DNA of 63,077 bases, filler included, from Octopus bimaculoides (Eukaryota), in the NCBI RefSeq assembly GCF_001194135.2. It is 4 parts of 3 records of this genome, joined end to end, with 100 filler letters (N's around TTAATTAATTAA, not from the genome) between each part and the next. Parts side by side here need not be neighbours in the genome. Positions count along the whole stretch, not along the records: positions 33,200 to 55,782 come from NC_068991.1; positions 55,883 to 63,077 come from NC_069000.1; 2 more parts are not named here. One strand, written 5' to 3'. This document shows positions 52,322-63,077 of this stretch, one piece after another. Numbering within the stretch: position 1 is the stretch's first letter; the number at the start of each line of letters is the position of its first letter. Both the position numbers and the translations under genes were made by a program. A model generated the notes under the pieces. That model searched no databases, was not told the origin of the DNA, and saw only the letters and a program-made list of their open reading frames with translations.

Positions 52322-52701
52322 TTCTTTTATTTTTTTACTAGTTTCAGACATTACTCTGTGGCTATGCCCCAGGAATTTTATTCAAATGAATTGACACCAA
52401 TATTTGTTTTTGTTTTAAAGCCTAGCACTTATTCTATTGACCATTTTTGCAGAACTGTTAAATTATGGGGATGTTAACAAACTAACACCGGTTGTCAAGT
52501 GGTAGTGGGGGACAAACACACACACACACACACACACACACAAGCTCACATACACACACATGTATATAGATCCACTTGCAAGACTTTGACCAGCCTGAGG
52601 CTATAATAGAAGACACTTGTCCAACGTGCTACGGAGTGGGACTGAACCTGGAACAATGTGGCCGGGAAGCAAGCTTCTTACCACACAGCCATGCCTGCAC
52701 C
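52322..52701 (-). mobile_element. SINE family A, full length, diverged
   Basis: Tail, (CA)n and head in minus orientation. Confidence 0.85.
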
Positions 52702-52756
52702 TATACAGTTTCATGCTATATTGATACGTTATCTTCCCTTTTATAAAATCAGTTAA

Positions 52757-52913
52757 TCATCATCATCATCATCATCATCATTTAACGTCCGCTTTCCATG
52801 CTAGCATGGGTTGGACAATTTGACAGGGGACTGGCGAAATGGATGGCTACACCAGACTCCAATCTGATTTGGTAGAGTTTCTACAGCTGGATGCCCTTCC
52901 TAACGCCAACCAC
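52757..52913 (-). mobile_element. Retroposon family D 3' part
   Basis: Matches 33225-33380. Confidence 0.88.
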
Positions 52914-53277
52914 TTACGACGTTGAGGGTTCCAGTTGATCCAATCAATGGAACAGCCTACTCGTGAAATTAACGTGCAAGTGGCTGAGCACTCCACAGAC
53001 ACATGTATCCTTAACACAGTTCTCAGGGAGATTCAGTGTGACAGAGTGTGACAAGGCTGGCCCTTTGAATTACAGGCACAACAGAAACAGGAAGAAAGAG
53101 TGAGAGAAAGTTGTGGTGAAAGAGTACAGCAGGGTTCGCCACCATCTCTTGCCAGAGCCTCGTGGAACTTTAGGTGTTTTCGCTCAATAAACACTCACAA
53201 CGCCCGGTCTGGGAATTGAAACCGTGATCCTATGACCGCAAGTCTGCTGCCCTAACCACTGGGCCATTGCGTCTCCA
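52914..53277 (-). mobile_element. tRNA-derived SINE family G, full length
   Basis: Minus-strand head TGGCCCAGTGGTTAGGGCAG...GGTTTCAATTCCCAGACC (A and B boxes); body matches 60915-61161. Confidence 0.88.
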
Positions 53278-54022
53278 CCATTCAGGTATATGCTGATATG
53301 ATTGTGCAGATTGTTTTTTCTCTGTATGGCAGAAGGCATTTTACAATTCGTTTCTCAACACTGCAAGGAGTTTAAATAGAGACCAGAAATGTAGGCTTTT
53401 CATATACATCTATCTTCATCTATCACAAATGTTTGGTTCAAAGAAACTCCCAAAGACATGTTAAATGAATCAGTGATAAATAAATAATAGAATGTATAGG
53501 AAACAGAGAATTTTGCTCCAAAATACTCAGTAGTACTAATCATCGTGGATGGTCACCAGGAGGGTGTTTTTATGGTCCAAGCAGAACCTTTAACTGATCA
53601 GGACTGGTGACCCATGTTGTCACAGATCAATTTGTGATAAGGCTAATACAGTTCACAATTAACATAACATGTTATCCTGGATCAGTGATGAATGAATCAG
53701 TGAGAAACAAAGATATATGTGCCAGTATTCGGACTCATGCTTCTCCTCAAAGGATGGTTGTTGGTTGTTGCTTTCATCTTTACAGTATAAACTGGAATGA
53801 TGTATATAGCTTATGTAGTCTACAAAAACTTGTGACATTATCTTGGTGCTATTAAAGTATGGAATCTTATCGTCTGCCTATCTGAACCAAGTTACAGATT
53901 TCAGTGTTGCATTTTGTAAAGTTAAGTTTTTATCTTTGATGAGATTAATAATTTTAAGTATAAGGTTAGTAGTCTAAGAAAATCATAATCATATTCATAA
54001 TGAGTCATCTCAGACGTTTAGA

Positions 54023-54054
<32 letters not shown>

Positions 54055-54177
54055 ACAAATATTAGTGATGGAAGCAGTTTTAATACTGGATAGCAATCTT
54101 TATATTTCAGTTAATGTGGATACATACATACATACATACATACATACATGCTTATACATACTTACATACATAATTAC

Positions 54178-54212
<35 letters not shown>

Positions 54213-55004
54213 TATNNNNNNNNNNNNNNNNNNNNNNNNNNNNNNNNNNNNNNNNNNNNNNNNNNNNNNNNNNNNNNNNNNNNNNNNNNNNNNNNNNNNN
54301 NNNNNNNNNNNNNNNNNNNNNNNNNNNNNNNNNNNNNNNNNNNNNNNNNNNNNNNNNNNNNNNNNNNNNNNNNNNNNNNNNNNNNNNNNNNNNNNNNNNN
54401 NNNNNNNNNNNNNNNNNNNNNNNNNNNNNNNNNNNNNNNNNNNNNNNNNNNNNNNNNNNNNNNNNNNNNNNNNNNNNNNNNNNNNNNNNNNNNNNNNNNN
54501 NNNNNNNNNNNNNNNNNNNNNNNNNNNNNNNNNNNNNNNNNNNNNNNNNNNNNNNNNNNNNNNNNNNNNNNNNNNNNNNNNNNNNNNNNNNNNNNNNNNN
54601 NNNNNNNNNNNNNNNNNNNNNNNNNNNNNNNNNNNNNNNNNNNNNNNNNNNNNNNNNNNNNNNNNNNNNNNNNNNNNNNNNNNNNNNNNNNNNNNNNNNN
54701 NNNNNNNNNNNNNNNNNNNNNNNNNNNNNNNNNNNNNNNNNNNNNNNNNNNNNNNNNNNNNNNNNNNNNNNNNNNNNNNNNNNNNNNNNNNTATAAGATA
54801 ACATTTTAGAAATACTTTGAAATACTTTATCGTAAGCGCAGGCATGGATGTGTGGTTAAGAATCATGCTTTGCAACCATGTGGTTTTGGGTTCAGTCCCG
54901 CTGTGTGGTACCTTGGACAAGTGTTTTCTATTGTAGTGCTGATATGACACAAGCTCTTTGAATGGATTTGCTAGTTGAAAACAGCATAAAAATCCATTGT
55001 AATA

Positions 55005-55071
<67 letters not shown>

Positions 55072-55079
55072 AAGAATAA

Positions 55080-55400
55080 AGACCTCTTTGATCATGGATG
55101 ACCATGCAGTTGCACCGAGAAAGTTACCCTCTGAAGCACAAGTCTGGGCAAGGTTGTTTACAGAAGACCAGAAATCACCCATGCATACCAGCTTCCCCTC
55201 TCCATGCCCCTGATGTTATCCAAGGGAAAAGCAAAGGCCGAAACAACTTGGCACCAGTGATGTCACAACTTATTTCTACGGCTGAGTGAATTGGAGCAAC
55301 ATGAAATAAAGTGTCTTGCTCAAGAATACAACTCGCAGCCCGGTCTGGGAATCAGACTCACTACGTCATGACTGTAAGCCTGATGCTCTAACCATTAGAT
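55080..55400 (-). mobile_element. SINE family H, diverged
   Basis: Collinear with 14360-14697. Confidence 0.87.
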
Positions 55401-55544
55401 TCACTTCAACATTTAAATTTAATTTGTCAAAATATTTTCACTGACAAAATTTCTTGCTGGTCACTTGCTATGCAAGTACATCGCCTATATATATATATAT
55501 GTATATGTATATGTATATATATATGTATATATATTCTCAACGTG

Positions 55545-55732
55545 GCTGATGCCAGCACTACCTTGACTGGGTCCCGTGCCAGTGGCACATAAAAGCACCA
55601 TCCAGCTGTAGAAACACTGCCAAATCAGATTGGAGCCTGGTGCAGCCTCTTGGCTGCCTAGACCCCAGTCGAACCATCCCACCCATGCTAGCATGAAAAA
55701 CGGATGTTAAACAATGATGATAATGATGATGG
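55545..55732 (+). mobile_element. Retroposon family D 3' part
   Basis: CCCATGCTAGCATGAAAAACGGATGTTAAAC then (GAT)-like tail. Confidence 0.85.
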
Positions 55733-55745
55733 TATACGTACACAC

Positions 55746-55782
<37 letters not shown>

Positions 55783-55826
55783 NNNNNNNNNNNNNNNNNN
55801 NNNNNNNNNNNNNNNNNNNNNNNNNN

Positions 55827-55838
55827 TTAATTAATTAA
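55827..55838. other. Artificial gap linker TTAATTAATTAA
   Basis: 44 N on each side. Confidence 0.95.
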
Positions 55839-55965
55839 NNNNNNNNNNNNNNNNNNNNNNNNNNNNNNNNNNNNNNNNNNNNAACTTGTATCTCCATGAT
55901 CTGTCATTAATCTGATAGAAATTGTTGTTCAATCGTAGCTGAATTGTTTCTTCTTTATTTGATTA

Positions 55966-56620
55966 ATGAGTAGTGAAAAAATTTGCAACTGGAACCATTT
56001 TACGCTATCAGCGGGGAAAAAAAGGAACTAAGTGCAAGGGCTGCGGCAAGAAAAAAATAATACCGTGGAAGGCCCGAGACGTTTCAAGGAAGGTGGCAGC
56101 AGCCTCGAAGACAAATTAGGGTCAGGAAGACCTTTTGGTGGGGAAGATGAGGCCTTGCTTGAAATGGTTGAACAACAGCCAAGCAGAAGCACTCATACAT
56201 TGTCAGAAGAACTAGGTCCTTCGCAAAGAACCATCAACTGACACCTCCATAAGCTGAACCTTATAAAGAGAGACAGTCAAGAGGCTCCTCATGAAATGAC
56301 CAATGATCAATGAACTGACCAAATGTTCAACGACGTTTGAACATTTGCAAACCACTGCTGACAAATCCTCGAAATGTTCGTTTTTGGCATCGAATTGTAA
56401 CTGGGGATGAATAAGAGAAATCAGTGGCTTCGTTCCGGCCAGGCTTCAGAAACTGTTGTCAAACAAGGGCACTTTGAACTGAAGGCCATGTTGTGTGTTT
56501 GGTGGAATTTCGAGGGAACGTGGCACTTAGAGCTTGTCCCAGATGATCATACTGTGAATATTAACCATTATGCTCAATAATTGCACCAAGTATATGGTAC
56601 TTTGAAAGCATGCTACCAGG
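55966..56620 (+). mobile_element. Mariner transposase pseudogene, N-terminal two-thirds
   Basis: RFKEGGSSLEDKLGSGRP...STHTLSEELG...APHEMT...RIVTGDE*...KAMLCVWWNFEG...TVN; multiple stops and indels. Confidence 0.9.
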
Positions 56621-57048
56621 ATCATGTTTGGTCCCAGGTACAACTATCTCGAAAATATTTTGGGGGCATATTTGTTCCGTTACGGCCACTGCGGTGAGCC
56701 CTTCTCCCTGCCATTTCTATGGCAGCCGTCTTGCAACACATGTAAATGCTGCAAATAGATATTTGTCAACAATGCGTAAACAGTTTTAAACATCTAGAAG
56801 CAGCCTTTACCTTCGTCTCAGTTCACGGAGTGGAAGACATTTAAATGTTCTCAAGCACTTAGATGGTGAAACGAACAAAACAATATTTTAATATGGTAAT
56901 TTAAGGATATATATTCTGTGCAATGTTACCGCTAGCGGCTAGTATCAACAAATTAACTAATTAACTAATTAAGCAATTAAATAATTACTATTATTATCAT
57001 AATAATAAGTAGAAAGAATTATTGCTTTATTATTAGTAATAATAAAAA

Positions 57049-57606
57049 GGCGGCGAGCCGGCTGAAATGCTTCGCGGTATTTAGTCTGTCTTTATGTTCT
57101 GAGTTCAAATTTCTCCGGGGTCGACTTTGCCCTTCATCCTTTCGGGGTCGATAAATTAAGTACCAGTCACGTACTAGGGCCTTGTGCCTATAGTAGAAAG
57201 GATTATTATTATTATTAATAATAATGATTTCAAATTCGGGGAAGGAGGTAAGCCAATTACATCGATTTAACTGGTTCTTATATTATCGACCTCGAAAGGA
57301 TGAAAGGCAAAGTCGACCTCGGCGGCATTTGAACTCAAACGAAATGCCATTAAGCATTTTTCCCGGCGCCGTAACCATTCTGCCAGCCTGCTGCCTTCGA
57401 TATTTTCTTTATTGACCACAGGGGCCGAACGCTAATCCTTTTTCGTATAGGCACAAAGCCTGAAATTTTGGGGGAGTGGGGAAAGTCGATTACACAGATT
57501 CCAGTGCGTAACTGGTACTTATTTTATCGAGCCCGAAATGATTGAAGGCAATGTCGACCTCGGTTGAATTTGAACCAAAAACGTAAAGGCGGGCGAAATA
57601 CTGCGA
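57049..57606. mobile_element. Cluster of three SINE B copies (+, -, -)
   Basis: 57049-57202 (+), 57225-57397 (-), 57437-57606 (-). Confidence 0.88.
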
Positions 57607-58310
57607 AGTGTAAACTCTACTCGCAAATATTCTCTGGTGGGACGAATAAAAAAATTNNNNNNNNNNNNNNNNNNNNNNNNNNNNNNNNNNNNNNNNNNNN
57701 NNNNNNNNNNNNNNNNNNNNNNNNNNNNNNNNNNNNNNNNNNNNNNNNNNNNNNNNNNNNNNNNNNNNNNNNNNNNNNNNNNNNNNNNNNNNNNNNNNNN
57801 NNNNNNNNNNNNNNNNNNNNNNNNNNNNNNNNNNNNNNNNNNNNNNNNNNNNNNNNNNNNNNNNNNNNNNNNNNNNNNNNNNNNNNNNNNNNNNNNNNNN
57901 NNNNNNNNNNNNNNNNNNNNNNNNNNNNNNNNNNNNNNNNNNNNNNNNNNNNNNNNNNNNNNNNNNNNNNNNNNNNNNNNNNNNNNNNNNNNNNNNNNNN
58001 NNNNNNNNNNNNNNNNNNNNNNNNNNNNNNNNNNNNNNNNNNNNNNNNNNNNNNNNNNNNNNNNNNNNNNNNNNNNNNNNNNNNNNNNNNNNNNNNNNNN
58101 NNNNNNNNNNNNNNNNNNNNNNNNNNNNNNNNNNNNNNNNNNNNNNNNNNNNNNNNNNNNNNNNNNNNNNNNNNNNNNNNNNNNNNNNNNNNNNNNNNNN
58201 NNNNNNNNNNNNNNNNNNNNNNNNNNNNNNNNNNNNNNNNNNNNNNNNNNNNNNNNNNNNNNNNNNNNNNNNNNNNNNNNNNNNNNNNNNNNNNNNNNNN
58301 NNNNNNNNNN

Positions 58311-58735
58311 NATAGAGGTGGGAGGAGAATAGAATGGGTGACGGACAGACTAGCAGAAGACAGACTGATAGACGAACACGAGGGAGAGATAGAGAGAGGG
58401 AGAGAGAGACAGACAGACAGACAGAGAAAGAAACAGAAATTTGGACAAACAGAGATAGAAACAGATAAAATGTGTGTGTGTGTTTGAGAGACAGAGGGGG
58501 AGAGGGAGAGAGAGACAGAGAAAGGGAGACAGACAAGCAGAATACAGACTGACAAACAGACATGAGGCACAGAGAGAGAGAGGGAGAGAGAGAAAGAAAG
58601 AGAGAGAAAGAAAGTGAGAGACAGACAGACAGCGGAAGGGAGACAGACAAACAGAAGACAGACTGACTGTCAGACAGACAGACTGACTGACAGACAGACA
58701 TGAGGTAGAGAGAGAGAGAGAGAGTGAATGAGAGC
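58311..58735. repeat. (GA)n/(GACA)n compound purine-rich tract
   Basis: Direct reading. Confidence 0.92.
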
Positions 58736-59649
58736 ACCATTACTCACACGTCGGCGCCTACACACCGCCATCTTTAATTTCTTTTTGTTTTTTGTTTATT
58801 GCTTACCCAGGATTACATTATCCTATGTATCATTTCATTCAGACACTCGAGATCAATTAGACTACATTTAGCTGTTATTTCTAGCCGACGAAGTAACCAC
58901 ATAAAGACTTCTTCGTTTTTCCCTAACCCTTTTTAAGAGAAACCGGCGTTGTTTTGTTGTTGTTTTTTATCACTGCATCAGGAGGGAGAGGCATTGTCGA
59001 TGACCCTTTTCAGGACCTTGAAGGAAAGGATTGAGGGCATAAAGCAGCCTGAAACTTGAGCAGGTTTCATTGCTTGCAAATGACTCGAGCTTCGTGACTC
59101 TGCTAAATGCGCACACGAGTCAGAAGAAATCCTATAGCATTTTTCAACATGCGATGCACGTGTTGGCTGTAGCAGTTTGAGTGGTGATAAACGCAGCAGT
59201 ACTGGCTCTGGTAGGACAGGTAGCTGTTGTAGTAGTGATAGTAGCCGTGGTGATGGTAATTGTTTAATGAATGGTTGTAGCAGTGGTGGAAGTACAGGTG
59301 TCGGTTGTTGTATTGGTGGTAGATTTCTGTGTCTCATATACAACAACAAATTCAACAACAATGATTGGATGACACAGTATACCAAAAACTCACTTTATAT
59401 CGATATTTCACACACATACAGAAACACACATCTACAGACACATACGCACACAATCATGTAGATTGCAATTACTGTGTGTTAATTGTAATTTTGAAAAGCA
59501 TTTGTTTTCTGAAAAGTAAAATAATTAGAGAGAGAGAGGCCATGAATAAAACTGATATAAAATTATTTCGGATTTAGGACAATAATATAATGATGTGTGT
59601 GTGTGTGTGTATCTTTATGTGGTGGGAGGTACCGCTTTATGTGGTGGGA

Positions 59650-60270
59650 GGTACAGCTAATATAAGGAGCCATCTCAAAAAACAATCCGAGTTACATACT
59701 GAAATAAAAAAAAGAATATCCTTTTTCCGGACACAAGTGCATTTCTAGCCGTCAGATTTATGTAGAAGCAAACGGATATGTGATGCCTTCATCAGCGGAG
59801 GCATAAAGAATTTTTGTTTGTTTGTATTTGTGTGGGAGGGAGTATGTATCGTGTGTGTATCTGTCTGTCTTTGTATATGGGGTGGGTACAGCTAATATAA
59901 GGAGCCTTCATCAGTGGAGACATAGAGAAATTTATTTGTTTTTGCGTATGTGTGTATTTGTGTGCGCGCGTCGTGTGTGTTCGTCTGGCATTGTATATAG
60001 GTTAGGTTCAGCTAATATGAGGAGCCATTTCAAAATATGATCCAGATCTATAGAAATGCATGAATATGTGATGCCTTCATCAGCGGAGATATAAAGAAAT
60101 TTAGTTGTGCGTGTGTATATGTGTGTACGGGGAGTAGATAATACAAAAGGACATCTCGAAATAAGAATCCTACGACATAATAAAATAACCAAATAACACT
60201 TTCCATCCCCACTTCTAGAGGTCAGATGTTCATAAGAGTGCACAGACATGTGGTGCCTTCGACGGCGAAT
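59650..60270 (-). repeat. Four-unit decayed tandem array carrying hammerhead motifs
   Basis: GGTACAGCTAATATAAGGAGCC-like motif at ~59650, 59886, 60006 and (degenerate) 60135; GCCTTCATCAGCGGAG-like motif at ~59785, 59904, 60073 and (degenerate) 60255. Confidence 0.8.
59726..59799 (-). ncRNA. Type I hammerhead ribozyme motif, decayed stems, intact core
   Basis: Minus strand TCCG-CTGATGA-AGGCATCACATAT...AAATCTGACGGCTA-GAAA-TGCACTTGTG-TC-CGGA; stem II 9/13 paired. Confidence 0.6.
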
Positions 60271-60274
60271 CTAT

Positions 60275-60490
60275 AATGGTTTCAAATTTTGCCACAAGAG
60301 CAGCCATTTTGGTGGAGGGGATTTGTCGATTGCATCGATCCCAGTGTTCAACTGGTACTTATTTTATCGACGTCTAAAGGATGAAAGGCAAAGTCGACCA
60401 CGGTGGTATTTGAACTCGGAACGTAGCGACGGGCGAAAAACCCTAACCGTTTCGTCCAGCGTGCTAACGACTCTGCCAGCTCACCGCCTT
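60275..60490 (-). mobile_element. SINE family B
   Basis: Homology to the other copies. Confidence 0.9.
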
Positions 60491-60914
60491 CGAGAGTGAA
60501 TCTGTGATGAGATTAATGTAGGGGTGTGTGTGTGTGTGTGTTACTATTTATACACACTGTAGCAAAGAAACGGAAGCTATATCGTAATAGCCCATTTATT
60601 ACGAACACTAGTAGACACGAATTTTCAAACGCGCTCGATTCAACTAAATTAAGATTATAAATAGCATTTGTAATTAAATTACAGGAATGAGATGTTATTA
60701 TAATTAGAGGGAAAGCTATTTCGCAATTATATTGAAAATATTTCTATTGTGCGACGCAATTAGTGGGAGTGCTCAGTAAAATGACAAAGAAAAATCAGAT
60801 GTAAAGAACTATAATGTATTGTGTGTCTGTTTGCGTGGGTATGCGCATAGCAATTACGAAAAGGCACTAAAGACAAAATCAAGCTGCACACTAAAAGAAC
60901 TGCATATATATAAC

Positions 60915-61161
60915 TCCGTTGCATTCCGTCGGTTACGACGACGAGTGTTCCAGTTGATCCGACCAACGGAACAGCCTACTCGTGAAATTAACGTACAAGT
61001 GGCTGAGCACTCCACAGACATGTGAACCCTTAACGTAGTTCTCGGGAAGATTCAGCGTGACACAGAGTGCGACAAGGCTGGTCCTTTGAAATACAGGTAC
61101 AACAGAAACAGGAAGTGAAAGAGAGAGAAAGTTGTGCTGAAAGAGTACAGCAGGGTTCGCC
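60915..61161 (-). mobile_element. SINE family G, 5'-truncated
   Basis: Matches 52914-53140. Confidence 0.88.
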
Positions 61162-61184
61162 TCGTGCCTAGAGTAGAAAAGATT

Positions 61185-61290
61185 ATTCAGTTTATTTCAA
61201 GATTTCTTGCCAATAGAGAAAGAACCGGTTTCTAAACTAGATCCAAGGCTCCTTCATTGGAATTTCAACATCAACAACAGGGTATTTTTG
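61185..61290 (-). mobile_element. Short repeat family E
   Basis: Reverse complement of 42925-43015. Confidence 0.6.
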
Positions 61291-61439
61291 ACTTTATGTA
61301 TGTATGTATGTATGTATGTATGTATCTATTCTCATGCATATAGGTTTATATTTAGAAATGCTCATATATATTTCAATGATAACCTTCTGGAAAGGTTTAT
61401 TTATTTATGTATGTATGTTCGTATAGATGTAAGATTATA

Positions 61440-61674
61440 CAAGGTGGCCCAAAAATAGGTTTACAGTTATCACATGGACACTTTAAATTTCTTTTAAAAC
61501 ATTTTATTTCATTTAAATTTCTATCTTACAAACTGAAAAGGGAACTTGATAAAATTAACTAAATTTGCATAGAATAATGGTTTCATATTTTTCTATAATT
61601 GATATCTAAACTGTTAATATATGAATGCGAAAGAGATAGTTGAATAACTGTAAACCTACTTTTGGGCCACCCTG
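61440..61674. mobile_element. Tc1/mariner-type MITE, complete
   Basis: ~30-bp TIRs CAAGGTGGCCCAAAAATAGGTTTACAGTTA / TAACTGTAAACCTACTTTTGGGCCACCCTG; TA on the left, CA on the right. Confidence 0.9.
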
Positions 61675-61866
61675 CATATGTGTACATATGAGTGTGTGCA
61701 CATGTATACGTAAAGAAAGAAAGAAAGAAAGAAAAATAAAGAAACAAATACAGGAACGAAGACAGACATTTCCATTCGAATATTTATACAGCATATCTTT
61801 GGAAAATAAGCTTCTCAACTCTCAGAACAGGTTTAAAAAATTGAAACCTAAGAAAACGCGGCACAA

Positions 61867-61919
<53 letters not shown>

Positions 61920-62296
61920 GAGAAAGAAACCTTATAAAACTTAAAATTATATAAATGTAATTAGAAAAATTCCTGCAAAATACAGCAAAGTTTGAAACAG
62001 AATCTAATGAATCTAAATTATGAAGCGATTTAACTGAATTACTGTCATGAATATACTGGCAACCATGTAACTCTTCACGTACTGAAATATATATATATAA
62101 AATATAGTCTCCAGAATTTTTCTCCCTCCTCTCCCTCCCTCCTTCCCGCTATCCATCCATCCATCCGTCTGTCTATCTGTCTGTCTGTCTGTTTGTCTAT
62201 CTGTCTACTTATCTATCTGTCTGGCTATCTATCTATCCATCTATCTATCTGTCTGTCTGTCTTTCTGTCTGACTCTCTCTCTCTCTCTCTCTCGCT

Positions 62297-62910
62297 CTCA
62301 GCCGACTGGACTACTGCTCTTAACTGTGGTCACCCAACAATTTGAAATTAATAGTGGAACTTGAGGCAGTTCAGTGGTTTCTACACCAGGAAGATTGCAT
62401 CAATGGAACAGCTGAGCTGCTGAGAGAAACTGAAAGAGCTACGCCTGTATTCCCTGGAGCGAAGACGGGTGAGATATGCAGTGATACACGTATGGAAGAT
62501 CCTGGAGGGGCTGGCACCAAACTTTGGTATCGAGGGCTATACCAGATCCCGAACTGGACGCCACTACACTGTTTCAGAGGTCCCAGCTATCCCGTCTGGA
62601 GTAAGGACCATGTATTGTAATACTTGGGGATTCAAGAGCCCACAGCTATTTAACGCCTTGCCAAAATATCTGAGGGATCTCCATGGAGTGGGGGGTAGAT
62701 GTTTTCAAGAAACAACTTGACCCCTTGTCATCCAATGTCCCAGATGAACGTATATCAGGGCAGGAAACTGAAAAAAGGGCAACAGTGTCGAACTCCCTAC
62801 TTCACCAAAGGTCAACCGCATAAGATTGGCCATTGGAAAGATGATTACACTGGTGGTGTTGCAGCATGGCCACAACCTTAGGGCTGAAACGTATAAAACA
62901 GTAAAAAAAG
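62297..62910 (+). mobile_element. 5'-truncated CR1-like LINE (RT C-terminus and 3' tail)
   Basis: LSRLDYCS*LWSP...ELEAVQ...LKELRLYSLERRRVRYAVIHVWKILEGLAPNFGI...FKSPQLFNALPKYLRDL; frameshifts; A-rich tail. Confidence 0.9.
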
Positions 62911-63046
62911 AATATATATATATGTATGTATAAATCAAACCAGAATTGTATCCCTATTCCACATAACACATTCGCACACACACACACATAATAATAATAA
63001 TAATAATAATAATGGTGGTTTGTTCGTAATTTTACAACCGAAAGGC

Positions 63047-63077
<31 letters not shown>

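Noticed and set aside
59611-60270. CRISPR-like array
   Set aside because: Units are degenerate and of unequal length, spacers are related low-complexity sequence, there are no cas genes, and the context is eukaryotic.

Overview
Eukaryotic, AT-rich, repeat-saturated draft-assembly window with many N gaps. The SINE families and extreme (TA)/(CA)/(CAT)/(TATG) microsatellite load resemble an octopus genome (inference from pattern recognition, not a database match). I could not support any host protein-coding gene; almost all ORF-track entries are microsatellite or gap translations. The recognisable content is transposable-element debris: four or more tRNA-derived SINE families (about 40 copies), RTE, CR1-like, RLE-type and Penelope-like retroelement fragments, several Tc1/mariner/pogo remnants and MITEs, a piggyBac-type MITE and a ~945-bp foldback. 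The most interesting signals are RNA-structural. Three hammerhead-ribozyme motifs have intact catalytic cores (10494-10538 -, 34364-34435 +, 59726-59799 -), the last inside a four-unit tandem array. A 75-nt pre-miRNA-like hairpin (6017-6091) carries a complementary broken hammerhead in each arm. There is also an HDV-ribozyme-like pseudoknot skeleton (35270-35312), a palindrome with a perfect 86-bp core, and a CR1 LINE whose 3' tail matches the dominant SINE. Boundaries of decayed elements are approximate. Nothing was computed beyond manual reading, translation and base-pairing.
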